In this document: positions 20,501-28,872 of the stretch, piece after piece
Layout of the letters: every line of letters starts with the position of its first letter
Position numbering within the stretch: position 1 is the stretch's first letter
Source of the DNA: Nitrospinales bacterium
GTDB lineage: Bacteria; Nitrospinota; Nitrospinia; Nitrospinales; VA-1
Direction: 5' to 3'
DNA length: 64,000 nt
Assembly: GCA_965223345.1 (NCBI GenBank)
Contig: CBDCWG010000012.1
Coordinates: 1,856,001 to 1,920,000 of the forward strand
The notes under the pieces: model-generated
What the model was told of the DNA's origin: nothing
The model's database searches: none
Seen by the model: the letters and a program-made list of their open reading frames with translations, nothing else
Program-made: the position numbers and the translations under genes

Positions 20501-23500
20501 GGCGAAGAAAAGCTGATCTTTCACTATATCGGCAAGATCTACGGCGATTTCGGGGAGTACGGCAAAGCCATCGAATACTTCGAAAAGAAGCTGGCGTTGA
20601 TTCCCGACAACCTGGATGTGGAAAAGAACATCCCCGTGCTTCTGGAAAAAGCGCTGCTGCAAAACCAGATCGGCAATTTTTATTTCAAATCCGGCGACAC
20701 GGATTCCAGCCTGAAGTATTTCAAGGATTCCTACGCCCTGTCGCGCAAGCTCAACAACAAACGCGGCATCGGCGTCAACGCGGCGAACATCGGCCGGGCG
20801 GTGTTCAGCAAAAGCCAGATGAAGGCGTTGCCCGCAATGCGCGGCGAGATCGAGGACACGGTGCGGCTGCTGGAAGAGGCGGCCAAGGAACTGGGGCCGG
20901 TGGAGGAACTGACGCGCCCGGAGGACCTCGCCTACATCAAAAACTACCTGGGCATCTTCTATCACAACCTGGGTTACCGCCTGTCGGTTCCCACCCAGGC
21001 GAAGCTCGATCCGAAGCAGCCCGGCGGCGGCCTTAAGGCGCTGGTGCTCGCCTCGACCGAGGGGCTCAAGCGGGAAGCGGATTATGTGTCCCGCTCGCGC
21101 GCCTATTTTGCGGAGGCGCGCGAGATCCTCGAAAAGGCCGACGGCAAGCACGAGGCCTTGAAACGGGCGCTCGCGCAAAACCTGCTGCTGACGCAGCGGC
21201 TGAGCGGAGATGCGAAGGCAGCGCCGGCGGCTGAAACGCCGCCGCCCTGGTATCTGGACTGGCGCTACCGCTACCAGGAATCGCTGGTGGCGGCGCCGAA
21301 AGAGCGCTTTCGCCTGTTGATGGAAGCGGAAGCGCTGTTGAGCGGCCTGCCTTACGGGCTGGTGGCAACCAATTCTTCGACCCTGACTCTGGTGGAGGAT
21401 CTGTACCGGACTCTGACGCGGTTTTTCTTCGATGCGAAGCAGTATGACGAGGCCCTGTATTATTCCGAGAAAGGCCGGCAGCAGCTGCTCATCCTGCTGC
21501 GTCCGGAGATCGAGCTCACCAACGAGGAACGCCGCACCTTTTACGAAGACCTTTCGGACTACGCGGTCCGGCTCAAAGAGACCACCGGCGAAGATGCGCA
21601 GGAGGAGCGCGAGGCGATCCGCGAGGAATACAGTGAAATCCTCTCCATCCTGATGGAAGAAGACCCGGCGTTGGCGTCGATGTTCACGCCGCACGTGCCG
21701 GATCTGATGGCGATGCAGGAAAATCTCAAGCCGGGGCAGAGCATTTTGAAGTTCCAGAAGATGCCGGAGGGCATCTGGGTGTGGGACGTCCGCCCGGCGG
21801 CGGTGCGCGGTGCGCGGCTCAAGGCGGGGCCCGAATTCAACCGCCTCGTCGCAAAGCTGGCGAACGGCAATGCTGCGGTGAGTCCGGCTGAAGTCGCTCT
21901 GTTATCCGAGACGCTGATCGCGCCGGTTGCAGCCTGGCTTGTGGAGACGAATTCTCTTTATCTGATCGCCGACGGCGCGCTGGAGTTTCTGCCCTGGGCG
22001 GCGTTCAGGCTGGGGGAGACGACGCTTGCCGGGAAGATGCCGCTGACGTTTTTGTCCTCCCTGTCGCAGCTCGCGCTCGCGGAAAACGACAAGAACCTGT
22101 ACAACTCGCGCTTTCTGGGTGTGCACGCGCCCGGCACCGACGCGTTCGCCGAACGCTTCGCCACGCTGGTCAACCTCACCGGCGAAAAAGCCACGCGCGA
22201 GGAATTCCGCTCCCTGTGGCGGCATCACGGGGTGGTCCACATCGAAGGGAAAACGCATCTGAACGCGCGGAACTTCTCCAGCTCCTATTTCAATCTGGAT
22301 AAAGATCCGCGCCAGTTTCAGCGCGTGAGCCTCAAAGAGCTGTTCGGCGAGGCGTTCGAGTCCAACTTCATCGCCCTGACCGACGTTGTCTTCGAACTGC
22401 GGCCGGAGATTTCGCTCTCGCCCACCGCCCGGCTGATCCAGGGGCTGACCTTCAAGGGCTATCCGGGGGTGCTTCTGCGCACCGGTCCCAGGGACCATGC
22501 CGTGCACGCAACGCTGTTGCGGCTTTTCTACCAGGATTTCAGAAACGGCAACCCCTCCGAGTCGCTGCGCAAGGCGCAGGTCGAGACGGCCAGGCTGCAT
22601 CCGGATTCTCTGGCGTGGGCTGGCTACCGCTATTACGGTTTTTCCGGCATGGATGCGGAAGAGAAAAACCGTTTCGCCGAAACCTATTTCACGGCGAACG
22701 CCCAGGCCGGCGCGCGGGCGTTTCTCGATAAGGACTGGCTCGCCGCCATCGACCGGCTGGAGAAATCCCTGTCGCTACTGGATTTTCTGGAGGACAAATC
22801 GCTGGCGCCGAAACTGTACAAATCGCTGGCGCAGGCGGCGTACAACATCGAGGACTATCCCAAAGCCATCGGCTACCAGAAAGACCTGCTGAAATTCGTG
22901 CAAAACAGCGAGGACCCGGAGGAACGGGCGGAGGCGCTTTATTTTCTCGGCATCCTGTACTCGCGGGCGGAGCAGTACCCAACGGCGGTGGATCACCTGC
23001 GTCAGGCGCTGAAGATCTACGAGGAAAACGAAATCCTCGACCGGCTGGCGGAAAACTACAGCACGCTGGGCATCGTCGAGGAAAACGCGCTCGACTACGA
23101 CCAGGCGCTGGAAGCGTTCAACGCCTCGCTTGAGATCAATGAAGAGATCGGCGAAGACCTCAACCGCGGCCGGGAACTGCGGCGCATCGGCCGGATCTAT
23201 TACCTGAGGCTCAACCAGTACGGCCAGGCGCTGCGCTATTTCTCCGCGGCGTTCAAGCTGTTCAAGGAGCTGGATCATGCCGAGCAGATGGTGGAGACGC
23301 TGCTCGAGCTGGGGCTGGTGTCGGAGAAGCAGGGCGATTTCGCCAAGGCGCTGGAGTTTTACACCCAGGCCCAGGGACTGGCCACGAAACACGATCTCCA
23401 GGCCGGCCTGTCGAAGGCGCTGTTGTATCAGGCGAACTCCCACTGGTTTCAGGGCGACTACCAGAAAGCGTTCCGCTTTCAGAAAGAATCGCTGGCCATC

Positions 23501-25525
23501 GCCGAAGCCATCGAGGACGTGCGCCAGCAGGCGTTCATCTACAACACGCTCGGGCTGATCCACTGGACGCTGAACGATTCCGAGCGCGCCCTCAGCAACC
23601 TCAACCGCAGCCTGGAACTGGCGAAGCAGATCCACTCGCCGCTCGACATCGCCTCGGCCAACAACAACATCGGCCTGGTGCACCGCAAGGACAAGCGCTA
23701 CGAAGAGTCGATCGAATTTTTCAACAAAGCGCTGGAGCAGGACATCGAGCTCAAATCCAAATGGGGGCAGGGCTACACGCACCGCAATCTGGCGATGAGC
23801 AAGATGCGCCTCAAGAGGCTGGACGAAGCCGAGCCGCACATCGAAAAAGCGATCGCGCTGAGCAAGGAGATCGGCAACCGCACCAACCTGGTGAAGTCGA
23901 TGCTGGAATCCGGCCACCTGGCGCTGGAGCGCAACCAGTGCGACAAGGCCGTGCCGATCTTCAAGGAGACCGGCGAGATGGCCGCATCCCTCAACATTCC
24001 GGAAGTGCACTGGCGGGCGCTGCGCGGGCAGGGGGTCTGCCTGAAGCGGTCGAATCAGGCGGCGGAAGCGGTGGCGGTGTACAAGCAGGCGGTGGAGGTG
24101 GTGGACCGGATGCGCGCCGCCATCAAGGTGGAAGAGTTTCAGAACGGCTTCCTGACCGACAAGCAGGATGTGTACAAGGAGCTGATCCTGCTGCTGCTCA
24201 ATCAGGGCAAAACGGAGGACGCGTTCAACTTTGCCGAAAAAGCCAAGTCGCGCAGCTTCATCGATCTTCTGGGCAACCAGAAGATCAGCCTCAAAAACGA
24301 CGTCAGCCAGAAGTTGTACGACGCGCTCACCGAGCAGAAAAAGACCATCCGCATGATCGAGGACGCGCTGGGTGCGGCGCGCGCGCAGGCGGACGAGGAA
24401 AAGATGAAAACCCTGTCCGCCAGGCTGGTGTCGGCGCGCACCACCTATCAGGATTTACTGATCCAGGCCAAGGAGGAAAGCCCGGAGATCTCCAGCTTCG
24501 TCACGGTGGAATCGATCACACTGAAGGAGCTGGACTCCATCATGGAAGAACCGGTGGCGCTTGTGGAGTACCTGGTGACGGCGAACGAGCTGGTCATCTG
24601 GGTGGTGGTGAAGGGCCGCATCGACGTGGTGCGCGTTCCGGTTCAGGAGGCGGAGCTCAACCGCGTGATCAAGGACTACCGCAAACGCATCCAGCAGCTC
24701 GCTCCGATGGAGGACCAGGCGTCGCAGCTCTACAACTGGCTGATCCGTCCGGTGGAAAAATACATCTCGCAGAAACGTGTGCTGGCCATCGTGCCGCACA
24801 GCCACCTGCACTACGTCGCCTACGCTTCGCTGAAAGACGGCGAGAGCTACCTGGTGGAGAAGCACCCGCTGTTCTATTCGCCCAGCGCTTCGGTGCTGCG
24901 TTACACCTTCAAGCGCAAGTTCGAAAAGAGCGCGCAGGTCAAGGTGCTGGCTCTCGGCAACCCCGACCTGGGCGATTTCAACTACGACCTGCCGCTGGCC
25001 GAGATGGAAGCCAAATCCATCCGCTGGGAGTTCCCGCGCATCGACATCCTGACGCGCGAGAAGGCCACGGAAAGCTGGCTGCAGAAGCATATCAGCGATT
25101 ACCAGATCATCCACATCGCTTCGCACGGTGAGTTCGACCCCATCAACCCGCTGTTCTCCTCGCTGAAACTGACGAAGGACAAGGCCGCCGACGGCAACTT
25201 CGAGGTCAACGAGGTGTTTTCGCTACAGATCAACGCCGACATCGTGACGCTCAGCGCCTGCCAGACAGGGCTGGGCGAGATCACCGGCGGCGACGATCTG
25301 GTGGGGCTGAACCGGGCGTTCATCTATGCGGGCACGCATGCACTGCTGTCCTCGCTGTGGCGGGTGAGCGACATCTCGACGGCGGTGCTGATCAAGCATT
25401 TTTACCGCAACTACGTGGAGAACGACAAAGCGGAGAGTTTGCGCAAGGCGCAGCTGCTGGTCAAAAAACTCTACCCGCATCCTTCCTACTGGGCGGGGTT
25501 CAACCTCACAGGGGATTTCCGTTGA
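17507..25525 (+). CDS. Giant exported PD40/TolB-propeller + TPR + double CHAT (caspase-like) protein, 2672 aa
   Basis: Signal-peptide-like N-terminus; SPDGK..YVSDRSGNLDLW-type PD40 repeats; long TPR arrays; degenerate CHAT at about 21.7-22.65 kb; C-terminal CHAT with IHIASHG and VTLSACQTG, SSLWRVSD, HPSYWAGF. Confidence 0.92.
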   Translation: MNPKRVICCAVLIILPIILVFPVATLSAAVRFNAPVQVTTNPGEDFAATLSPDGKSLVYVSDRSGNLDLWLKHLGAGIQPPDEPLTIHSAEDNAPRFHASGRKLVFVSHRSDPKGDLYVLDLDRKAGESGGYALTRLTQDDLPELDPAWSADGNALYFTSVQDNTRRQAIFKLDLKTSAKTLVVEAGGNPAVSPDGKYLAYVSRDADADLWVLDLATREKVQLTSGARIEVSPEWSADGSRIYFNRYENDTNFDGDLTIDDNPNIWSVAFDAFKGGVQRQLTDSSTYDLLPSAAADGKLYYTSNRKNGIDVWSIPPEGIFPKAEGYGLALQVAEDNCGDTQKYTFPCLLAYQNLIREFDGEEGLSRIRYRLAKGYKELGYPDEADEFFAQIVEKHPEQPAYQGLSEIERLLLKLERARDEGQTVYREKLKDGLKTLEAISERYKEHPQVVARSYLESGNLHFKLEDQSKALSFYKRVMEEYPSQRVLSAAAAFSQSQVYSLVGDQERLVGSYVQVVEDYYDVDLWSDSAVHEILSLFEKQPTLEKKVSSLQALTGKYKDLPRLGAAVQNRIGELYHEANENLLAKEAYRRTLERYPEADSQIFLAKLALADIYSEEENFEKSLSIYKEITENKDLIEEEVQQARQGFIRKTLEKGTWELRVGEIKLARKTFKRLIDFSPDTVEAHRGYLQASAILKDVAKTIPYYEKRVKANPESAPDHYALGLAATYLDPPDLDRAEKEIGLALGLDSQQVFFHQTLGWIYEQKERKQPGADYLERALYEYQTALALNDSDRNSENEADLLLNLGNGHYLLKNHHAAYQYYERRNARQEPFFDANREAVFRQRFGESAFRAGFHDAALEQLKKALAIVAKKKDLNRMAELNDRIALVYQDRGDHAPAVEYFSKTLELNREAGNSASLTRSLRNIANNLVMLNQTQGEPDIPSLNQALNNYFQAIDNLEKHGVVQKGKAKKKSGLFGVAVETGLDANASAAATGFDKTGEEKLIFHYIGKIYGDFGEYGKAIEYFEKKLALIPDNLDVEKNIPVLLEKALLQNQIGNFYFKSGDTDSSLKYFKDSYALSRKLNNKRGIGVNAANIGRAVFSKSQMKALPAMRGEIEDTVRLLEEAAKELGPVEELTRPEDLAYIKNYLGIFYHNLGYRLSVPTQAKLDPKQPGGGLKALVLASTEGLKREADYVSRSRAYFAEAREILEKADGKHEALKRALAQNLLLTQRLSGDAKAAPAAETPPPWYLDWRYRYQESLVAAPKERFRLLMEAEALLSGLPYGLVATNSSTLTLVEDLYRTLTRFFFDAKQYDEALYYSEKGRQQLLILLRPEIELTNEERRTFYEDLSDYAVRLKETTGEDAQEEREAIREEYSEILSILMEEDPALASMFTPHVPDLMAMQENLKPGQSILKFQKMPEGIWVWDVRPAAVRGARLKAGPEFNRLVAKLANGNAAVSPAEVALLSETLIAPVAAWLVETNSLYLIADGALEFLPWAAFRLGETTLAGKMPLTFLSSLSQLALAENDKNLYNSRFLGVHAPGTDAFAERFATLVNLTGEKATREEFRSLWRHHGVVHIEGKTHLNARNFSSSYFNLDKDPRQFQRVSLKELFGEAFESNFIALTDVVFELRPEISLSPTARLIQGLTFKGYPGVLLRTGPRDHAVHATLLRLFYQDFRNGNPSESLRKAQVETARLHPDSLAWAGYRYYGFSGMDAEEKNRFAETYFTANAQAGARAFLDKDWLAAIDRLEKSLSLLDFLEDKSLAPKLYKSLAQAAYNIEDYPKAIGYQKDLLKFVQNSEDPEERAEALYFLGILYSRAEQYPTAVDHLRQALKIYEENEILDRLAENYSTLGIVEENALDYDQALEAFNASLEINEEIGEDLNRGRELRRIGRIYYLRLNQYGQALRYFSAAFKLFKELDHAEQMVETLLELGLVSEKQGDFAKALEFYTQAQGLATKHDLQAGLSKALLYQANSHWFQGDYQKAFRFQKESLAIAEAIEDVRQQAFIYNTLGLIHWTLNDSERALSNLNRSLELAKQIHSPLDIASANNNIGLVHRKDKRYEESIEFFNKALEQDIELKSKWGQGYTHRNLAMSKMRLKRLDEAEPHIEKAIALSKEIGNRTNLVKSMLESGHLALERNQCDKAVPIFKETGEMAASLNIPEVHWRALRGQGVCLKRSNQAAEAVAVYKQAVEVVDRMRAAIKVEEFQNGFLTDKQDVYKELILLLLNQGKTEDAFNFAEKAKSRSFIDLLGNQKISLKNDVSQKLYDALTEQKKTIRMIEDALGAARAQADEEKMKTLSARLVSARTTYQDLLIQAKEESPEISSFVTVESITLKELDSIMEEPVALVEYLVTANELVIWVVVKGRIDVVRVPVQEAELNRVIKDYRKRIQQLAPMEDQASQLYNWLIRPVEKYISQKRVLAIVPHSHLHYVAYASLKDGESYLVEKHPLFYSPSASVLRYTFKRKFEKSAQVKVLALGNPDLGDFNYDLPLAEMEAKSIRWEFPRIDILTREKATESWLQKHISDYQIIHIASHGEFDPINPLFSSLKLTKDKAADGNFEVNEVFSLQINADIVTLSACQTGLGEITGGDDLVGLNRAFIYAGTHALLSSLWRVSDISTAVLIKHFYRNYVENDKAESLRKAQLLVKKLYPHPSYWAGFNLTGDFR

Positions 25526-25546
25526 GCCGCAAAAGGCAAGAAGCGG

Positions 25547-25563
25547 GACAGGATAGACAGGAT
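25547..25563 (+). repeat. Short direct repeat GACAGGAT-A-GACAGGAT
   Basis: Read directly, about 20 bp after the CHAT gene stop. Confidence 0.6.
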
Positions 25564-25579
25564 GTGGGAGAGGAAATGA

Positions 25580-25625
25580 TTTTTACTCCCCCTCACCCAG
25601 CCCTCTCCCTCTAGGGGAGAGGGAT
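25580..25625 (+). repeat. REP-like palindromic element, copy 1
   Basis: TTTTTACTCCCCCTCACCCAGCCCTCTCCCTCTAGGGGAGAGGGAT, with hairpin CCCTCTCCC/GGGAGAGGG; one mismatch to the inverted copy at 46860-46905. Confidence 0.85.
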
Positions 25626-25641
25626 CAGTATTTCTTACACT

Positions 25642-26136
25642 ATGATTCCTCAAATTTTCTGGATAGAAGAGTTCAAGACCGTGCGAATCGGCACGATGGC
25701 CCGCCCCCGTGGCGGCGATTGGCTTGAAGATGAAGTGCAAGACTTGAAAAGAGCAGGGGTGTCGGTTGTCGCTTCGGGCCTCACCGATATGGAAATGGCG
25801 GAATTGGATATCATGAATCAGCCGAAAATCTGCCTGGAACACGAAATTAAGTTGCTTCGCTATCCAATAGAAGACAGGGGAGTGCCCGCCTCCTTGCCTG
25901 AATGGATCCAGTTTATCGGAAGGTTAAAAGAGGAAACCGAAAAAGGGAATACGATTGTGGCGCATTGCCGGATGGGAATAGGCCGGGCGTCGCTGATTGC
26001 CGTTTCTTTGATGGTTTCCTGTGGGATAAATTCAAAGACTGCGTTTGACTGGGTTGAAAATGCCCGGGGCTGTCCGGTTCCGGACACAGATGAACAAAGA
26101 GAGTGGGTACAAAGCTATGAAGATGTGATCCGTTAG
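25642..26136 (+). CDS. Dual-specificity / tyrosine protein phosphatase family
   Basis: CX5R P-loop HCRMGIGRA, PIEDRGVP acid loop, VPDTDEQ; visibly lower GC than its neighbours. Confidence 0.9.
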   Translation: MIPQIFWIEEFKTVRIGTMARPRGGDWLEDEVQDLKRAGVSVVASGLTDMEMAELDIMNQPKICLEHEIKLLRYPIEDRGVPASLPEWIQFIGRLKEETEKGNTIVAHCRMGIGRASLIAVSLMVSCGINSKTAFDWVENARGCPVPDTDEQREWVQSYEDVIR

Positions 26137-26138
26137 CG

Positions 26139-26819
26139 TCAGTGGGTCTCGGTCCGGGTGGGGGAGTAGGCCGGGAAGACCTGGCCCGCTTCCAGAAGCA
26201 CCCAGCGTTCCGAGGTGTCGCCGAGCACGAGGTCCATCGAGTCGTTGAGCCGCACCAGGTCGAGGATGGGGTGGGGCAGGCGCAGCCGCACCAGGTCTTC
26301 GTCGCGCTGGCCTTTGAGCAGCGCGGTTTCCCGCTCGATCTTTTGCACGGTGAACACGTCGTTGAGCGTGTTGATGATTTCCGGCGGGTCTTCGAGGATG
26401 CGGCCGGACTCTCTGTCCAAAAGATGGCTGAGCTTGAGGCAGCGCTCCTGCATGGTGCACAGTTCTTTAAAGAGTGCGGTGCGGTCGATGCCCGAAAGCC
26501 CGTGCGGGATGTTCTTTTTCTCCAGCCACTTGAACCAGGAGTACACCTCGAACAGGACGTGGTTGACCTCTTCCTTTTTGGTCACGGAATTGAACGGCAG
26601 GAAACCGACGATGAACTGACTCATGTGATAGCTGTCGATGTCCAGCGGCAGCGCGGTCAGGCGCGGTTTGCCTTCGGGGCCGTCGTGTTCCAGGCCCGAT
26701 TCGACCAGGCTTGTGTGAAATAGGGACAGGCTCTGTCCCAATTCGGGATGGACGGACGACGGGTCGAATTTGACGCCGGAGTTTTCAGCGTAGTCGCGGA
26801 GCGTGTCGTAGATGGCCAT
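26139..26819 (-). CDS. Hypothetical protein
   Basis: 226-aa ORF with GAGG SD, starting 3 bp after the aminotransferase stop; host-like codon usage. Confidence 0.8.
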   Translation of the reverse strand: MAIYDTLRDYAENSGVKFDPSSVHPELGQSLSLFHTSLVESGLEHDGPEGKPRLTALPLDIDSYHMSQFIVGFLPFNSVTKKEEVNHVLFEVYSWFKWLEKKNIPHGLSGIDRTALFKELCTMQERCLKLSHLLDRESGRILEDPPEIINTLNDVFTVQKIERETALLKGQRDEDLVRLRLPHPILDLVRLNDSMDLVLGDTSERWVLLEAGQVFPAYSPTRTETH

Positions 26820-26822
26820 GAT

Positions 26823-27923
26823 TCATCCTCTATCCTTATGCGCTGCGGAAAAGCAATCTTCCAGAACTTCCAGGCAGCGGTCGATTTCCTGTTGCGTGAT
26901 GTCGCCCATGTTGGCGATGCGGAAGATCCGCTCGCTCAGCGTTCCCTGACCGGCGTAGATCACGAATCCCTGTTTTTTGAGTTGAGCGTGCAGCGTTTCG
27001 TAGGCGGTGCCTTCCGGCAGTTTGAGCGCGGTGAGGCCGTTCGAGCGGTGGCCGGGAGGGATCAGGATATCGAGGCCCATCGCCTCGAATCCTTTGCGAA
27101 AACGCAGCGCGGCGTTTTTGTAACGCTCGATGCGCGCGGCCACCGTTTCCTCCAGCAATTCGTTCAAGGCTTCGTCGAACGCGTAGTGAACCTGCACGGA
27201 AGGCGTGAACAAAGTGTCGCCCGCTTCCTGGGCGCCGTGGTGTTTAACCAGATTGAAATAAACCGAACGCGCGGGGATCGGCGCGAGCCGGCACAGGTCT
27301 TTTTTGCGGAACAGCACGAACGCCACTCCCGGAAAGCCCTGCAGGCATTTGTTGGCGGTGCCGACGATGAAATCGATCGGGCAGGCGGAAAAGTCGATGG
27401 GGTCTCCTGCGAGACTGCTGATGGCATCGACGAGAAATTTCTTGTCGTATTTCTGCGCCAGCGCGCTCACCTTGTCGATGGGGTTGAGCAGCCCGGTGGT
27501 GGTTTCGTGATGCACCATGGCCACGACCTCGATTTCGGGGTGGCGCTTCAGGGCGTTTTCAACGTCGTCGAGACGGACGATCTCCCCCCAGGCGTGTTCC
27601 ACGGTCTGCCGGGGCAGCCCGTAGGCGTCGGCCATGGCGGTGATGCGCTCGCCGTAGACGCCGTTTTGCACCACAAGCAACGATTTTCCCGGGCTCAGGC
27701 AGGAAGAGACGGCCATTTCCAGGGCCGCGGTTCCGGACCCCGAAATGAGCGCCGGGGTGTAATCCGCCTCGATGGCGAACGCCTTGAGCAGCTTTTCCCG
27801 GATGGCTGACATGAGGTCGGAAAACTCCGCTTCGCGATGGCACAGGTCCGGTTTAAGCAGGGCTTTTCGAACCCTTTCGGTGACGTTGACCGGTCCCGGA
27901 TTCAACAAAACGGTACGCTGCAT
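26823..27923 (-). CDS. Class V PLP aminotransferase, PhnW/AepZ-like
   Basis: LLNPGPVNV, DLCHRE, GSGTAALE, HHETTTGLLNP, VDAISS, TANKCLQG (PLP lysine), FTPSVQ, FRIANMG. Confidence 0.88.
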   Translation of the reverse strand: MQRTVLLNPGPVNVTERVRKALLKPDLCHREAEFSDLMSAIREKLLKAFAIEADYTPALISGSGTAALEMAVSSCLSPGKSLLVVQNGVYGERITAMADAYGLPRQTVEHAWGEIVRLDDVENALKRHPEIEVVAMVHHETTTGLLNPIDKVSALAQKYDKKFLVDAISSLAGDPIDFSACPIDFIVGTANKCLQGFPGVAFVLFRKKDLCRLAPIPARSVYFNLVKHHGAQEAGDTLFTPSVQVHYAFDEALNELLEETVAARIERYKNAALRFRKGFEAMGLDILIPPGHRSNGLTALKLPEGTAYETLHAQLKKQGFVIYAGQGTLSERIFRIANMGDITQQEIDRCLEVLEDCFSAAHKDRG

Positions 27924-28110
27924 AATGGATGCGGTTCCAGCTGTGATTGATTGGTATCGGAGGGTTGGAGACCAGTCTACCCTCACCGAAAAAAATAGGC
28001 AAAGAAATTTACCCTTCCGCATGGAAAAATTTTTTGCGGCGGATTTTGCGCTGCGGGCGGAATCCAGCTTACTGATTGAAAACGGGGAAAATCCTGTTTA
28101 AACTCAAATC

Positions 28111-28872
28111 ATGCGCTCATGGCTTTTTTTCATACTGGTGACGGTGGCGATGCTCGCTTCCGCTCAGCCTGCTGAGGTTTCGGCGGCGGATTCCCGGTTC
28201 ACGATTCCCATTCTGAAATACCGCGGCGGCAATCCCAATCCGCGTCCGCAGGCGTTGCGAAGCCTGCTGGCGCAACTGGCGCGCCGCACCTCGGTAGAAA
28301 TCAACCGGGAACCGATGGAGATCACGCTCAAAGATCCGGACCTGTACCGCTATCCGTTTATCTACCTTTCGGGGAATGCGGCGTTCGAGCCTTTTTCGGA
28401 TCAGGAACTCAAGATCTTGCGGCATTACCTCGGCTTCGGGGGATTCCTTTTGATCGACGACAATTCCTCGAAAGCCAATTCGGAGTTCGACGGCTCGGTG
28501 CGCAGGATGATCGGGCGGCTGTTCCCGAAAATCCCGCTGCAGAAAATCCAGCGCGACCATTCGATCTTCCGCTCGTTCTATCTGATCAACCGGGTCGTGG
28601 GCCGCGTGGTGCTGAATCCGTATCTGGAAGGCATTTCGGTGAAGGGGCGGACGGTGCTGGTCTATTCCACCAACGACCTGGGCGGCGCCTGGGCGAGAGA
28701 CAAGCTGGGTCATTGGAATTATGACATCATCGCCGGCGGGTCCTCGCAGCGGCAGGGCAGCATCCGGCTCGCCGTCAATATTGTGATGTACGCGCTGACA
28801 TTGGATTACAAAAAGGACATGGTGCATTTGCCGATCATTCTGGAGCGCCTGAGAAGGTACAAGGCACGATGA
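28111..28872 (+). CDS. DUF4159 family exported protein
   Basis: YPFIYLSG, LRHYLGFGGFLLIDD, HSIFRSFY, NDLGGAW, VNIVMYALT. Confidence 0.85.
   Translation: MRSWLFFILVTVAMLASAQPAEVSAADSRFTIPILKYRGGNPNPRPQALRSLLAQLARRTSVEINREPMEITLKDPDLYRYPFIYLSGNAAFEPFSDQELKILRHYLGFGGFLLIDDNSSKANSEFDGSVRRMIGRLFPKIPLQKIQRDHSIFRSFYLINRVVGRVVLNPYLEGISVKGRTVLVYSTNDLGGAWARDKLGHWNYDIIAGGSSQRQGSIRLAVNIVMYALTLDYKKDMVHLPIILERLRRYKAR

Noticed and set aside
17507..26136. Craspase, gasdermin or CBASS-type defence locus around the CHAT gene
   Set aside because: No cas gene, CRISPR array, gasdermin-like, cyclase or sigma/anti-sigma gene recognised nearby.
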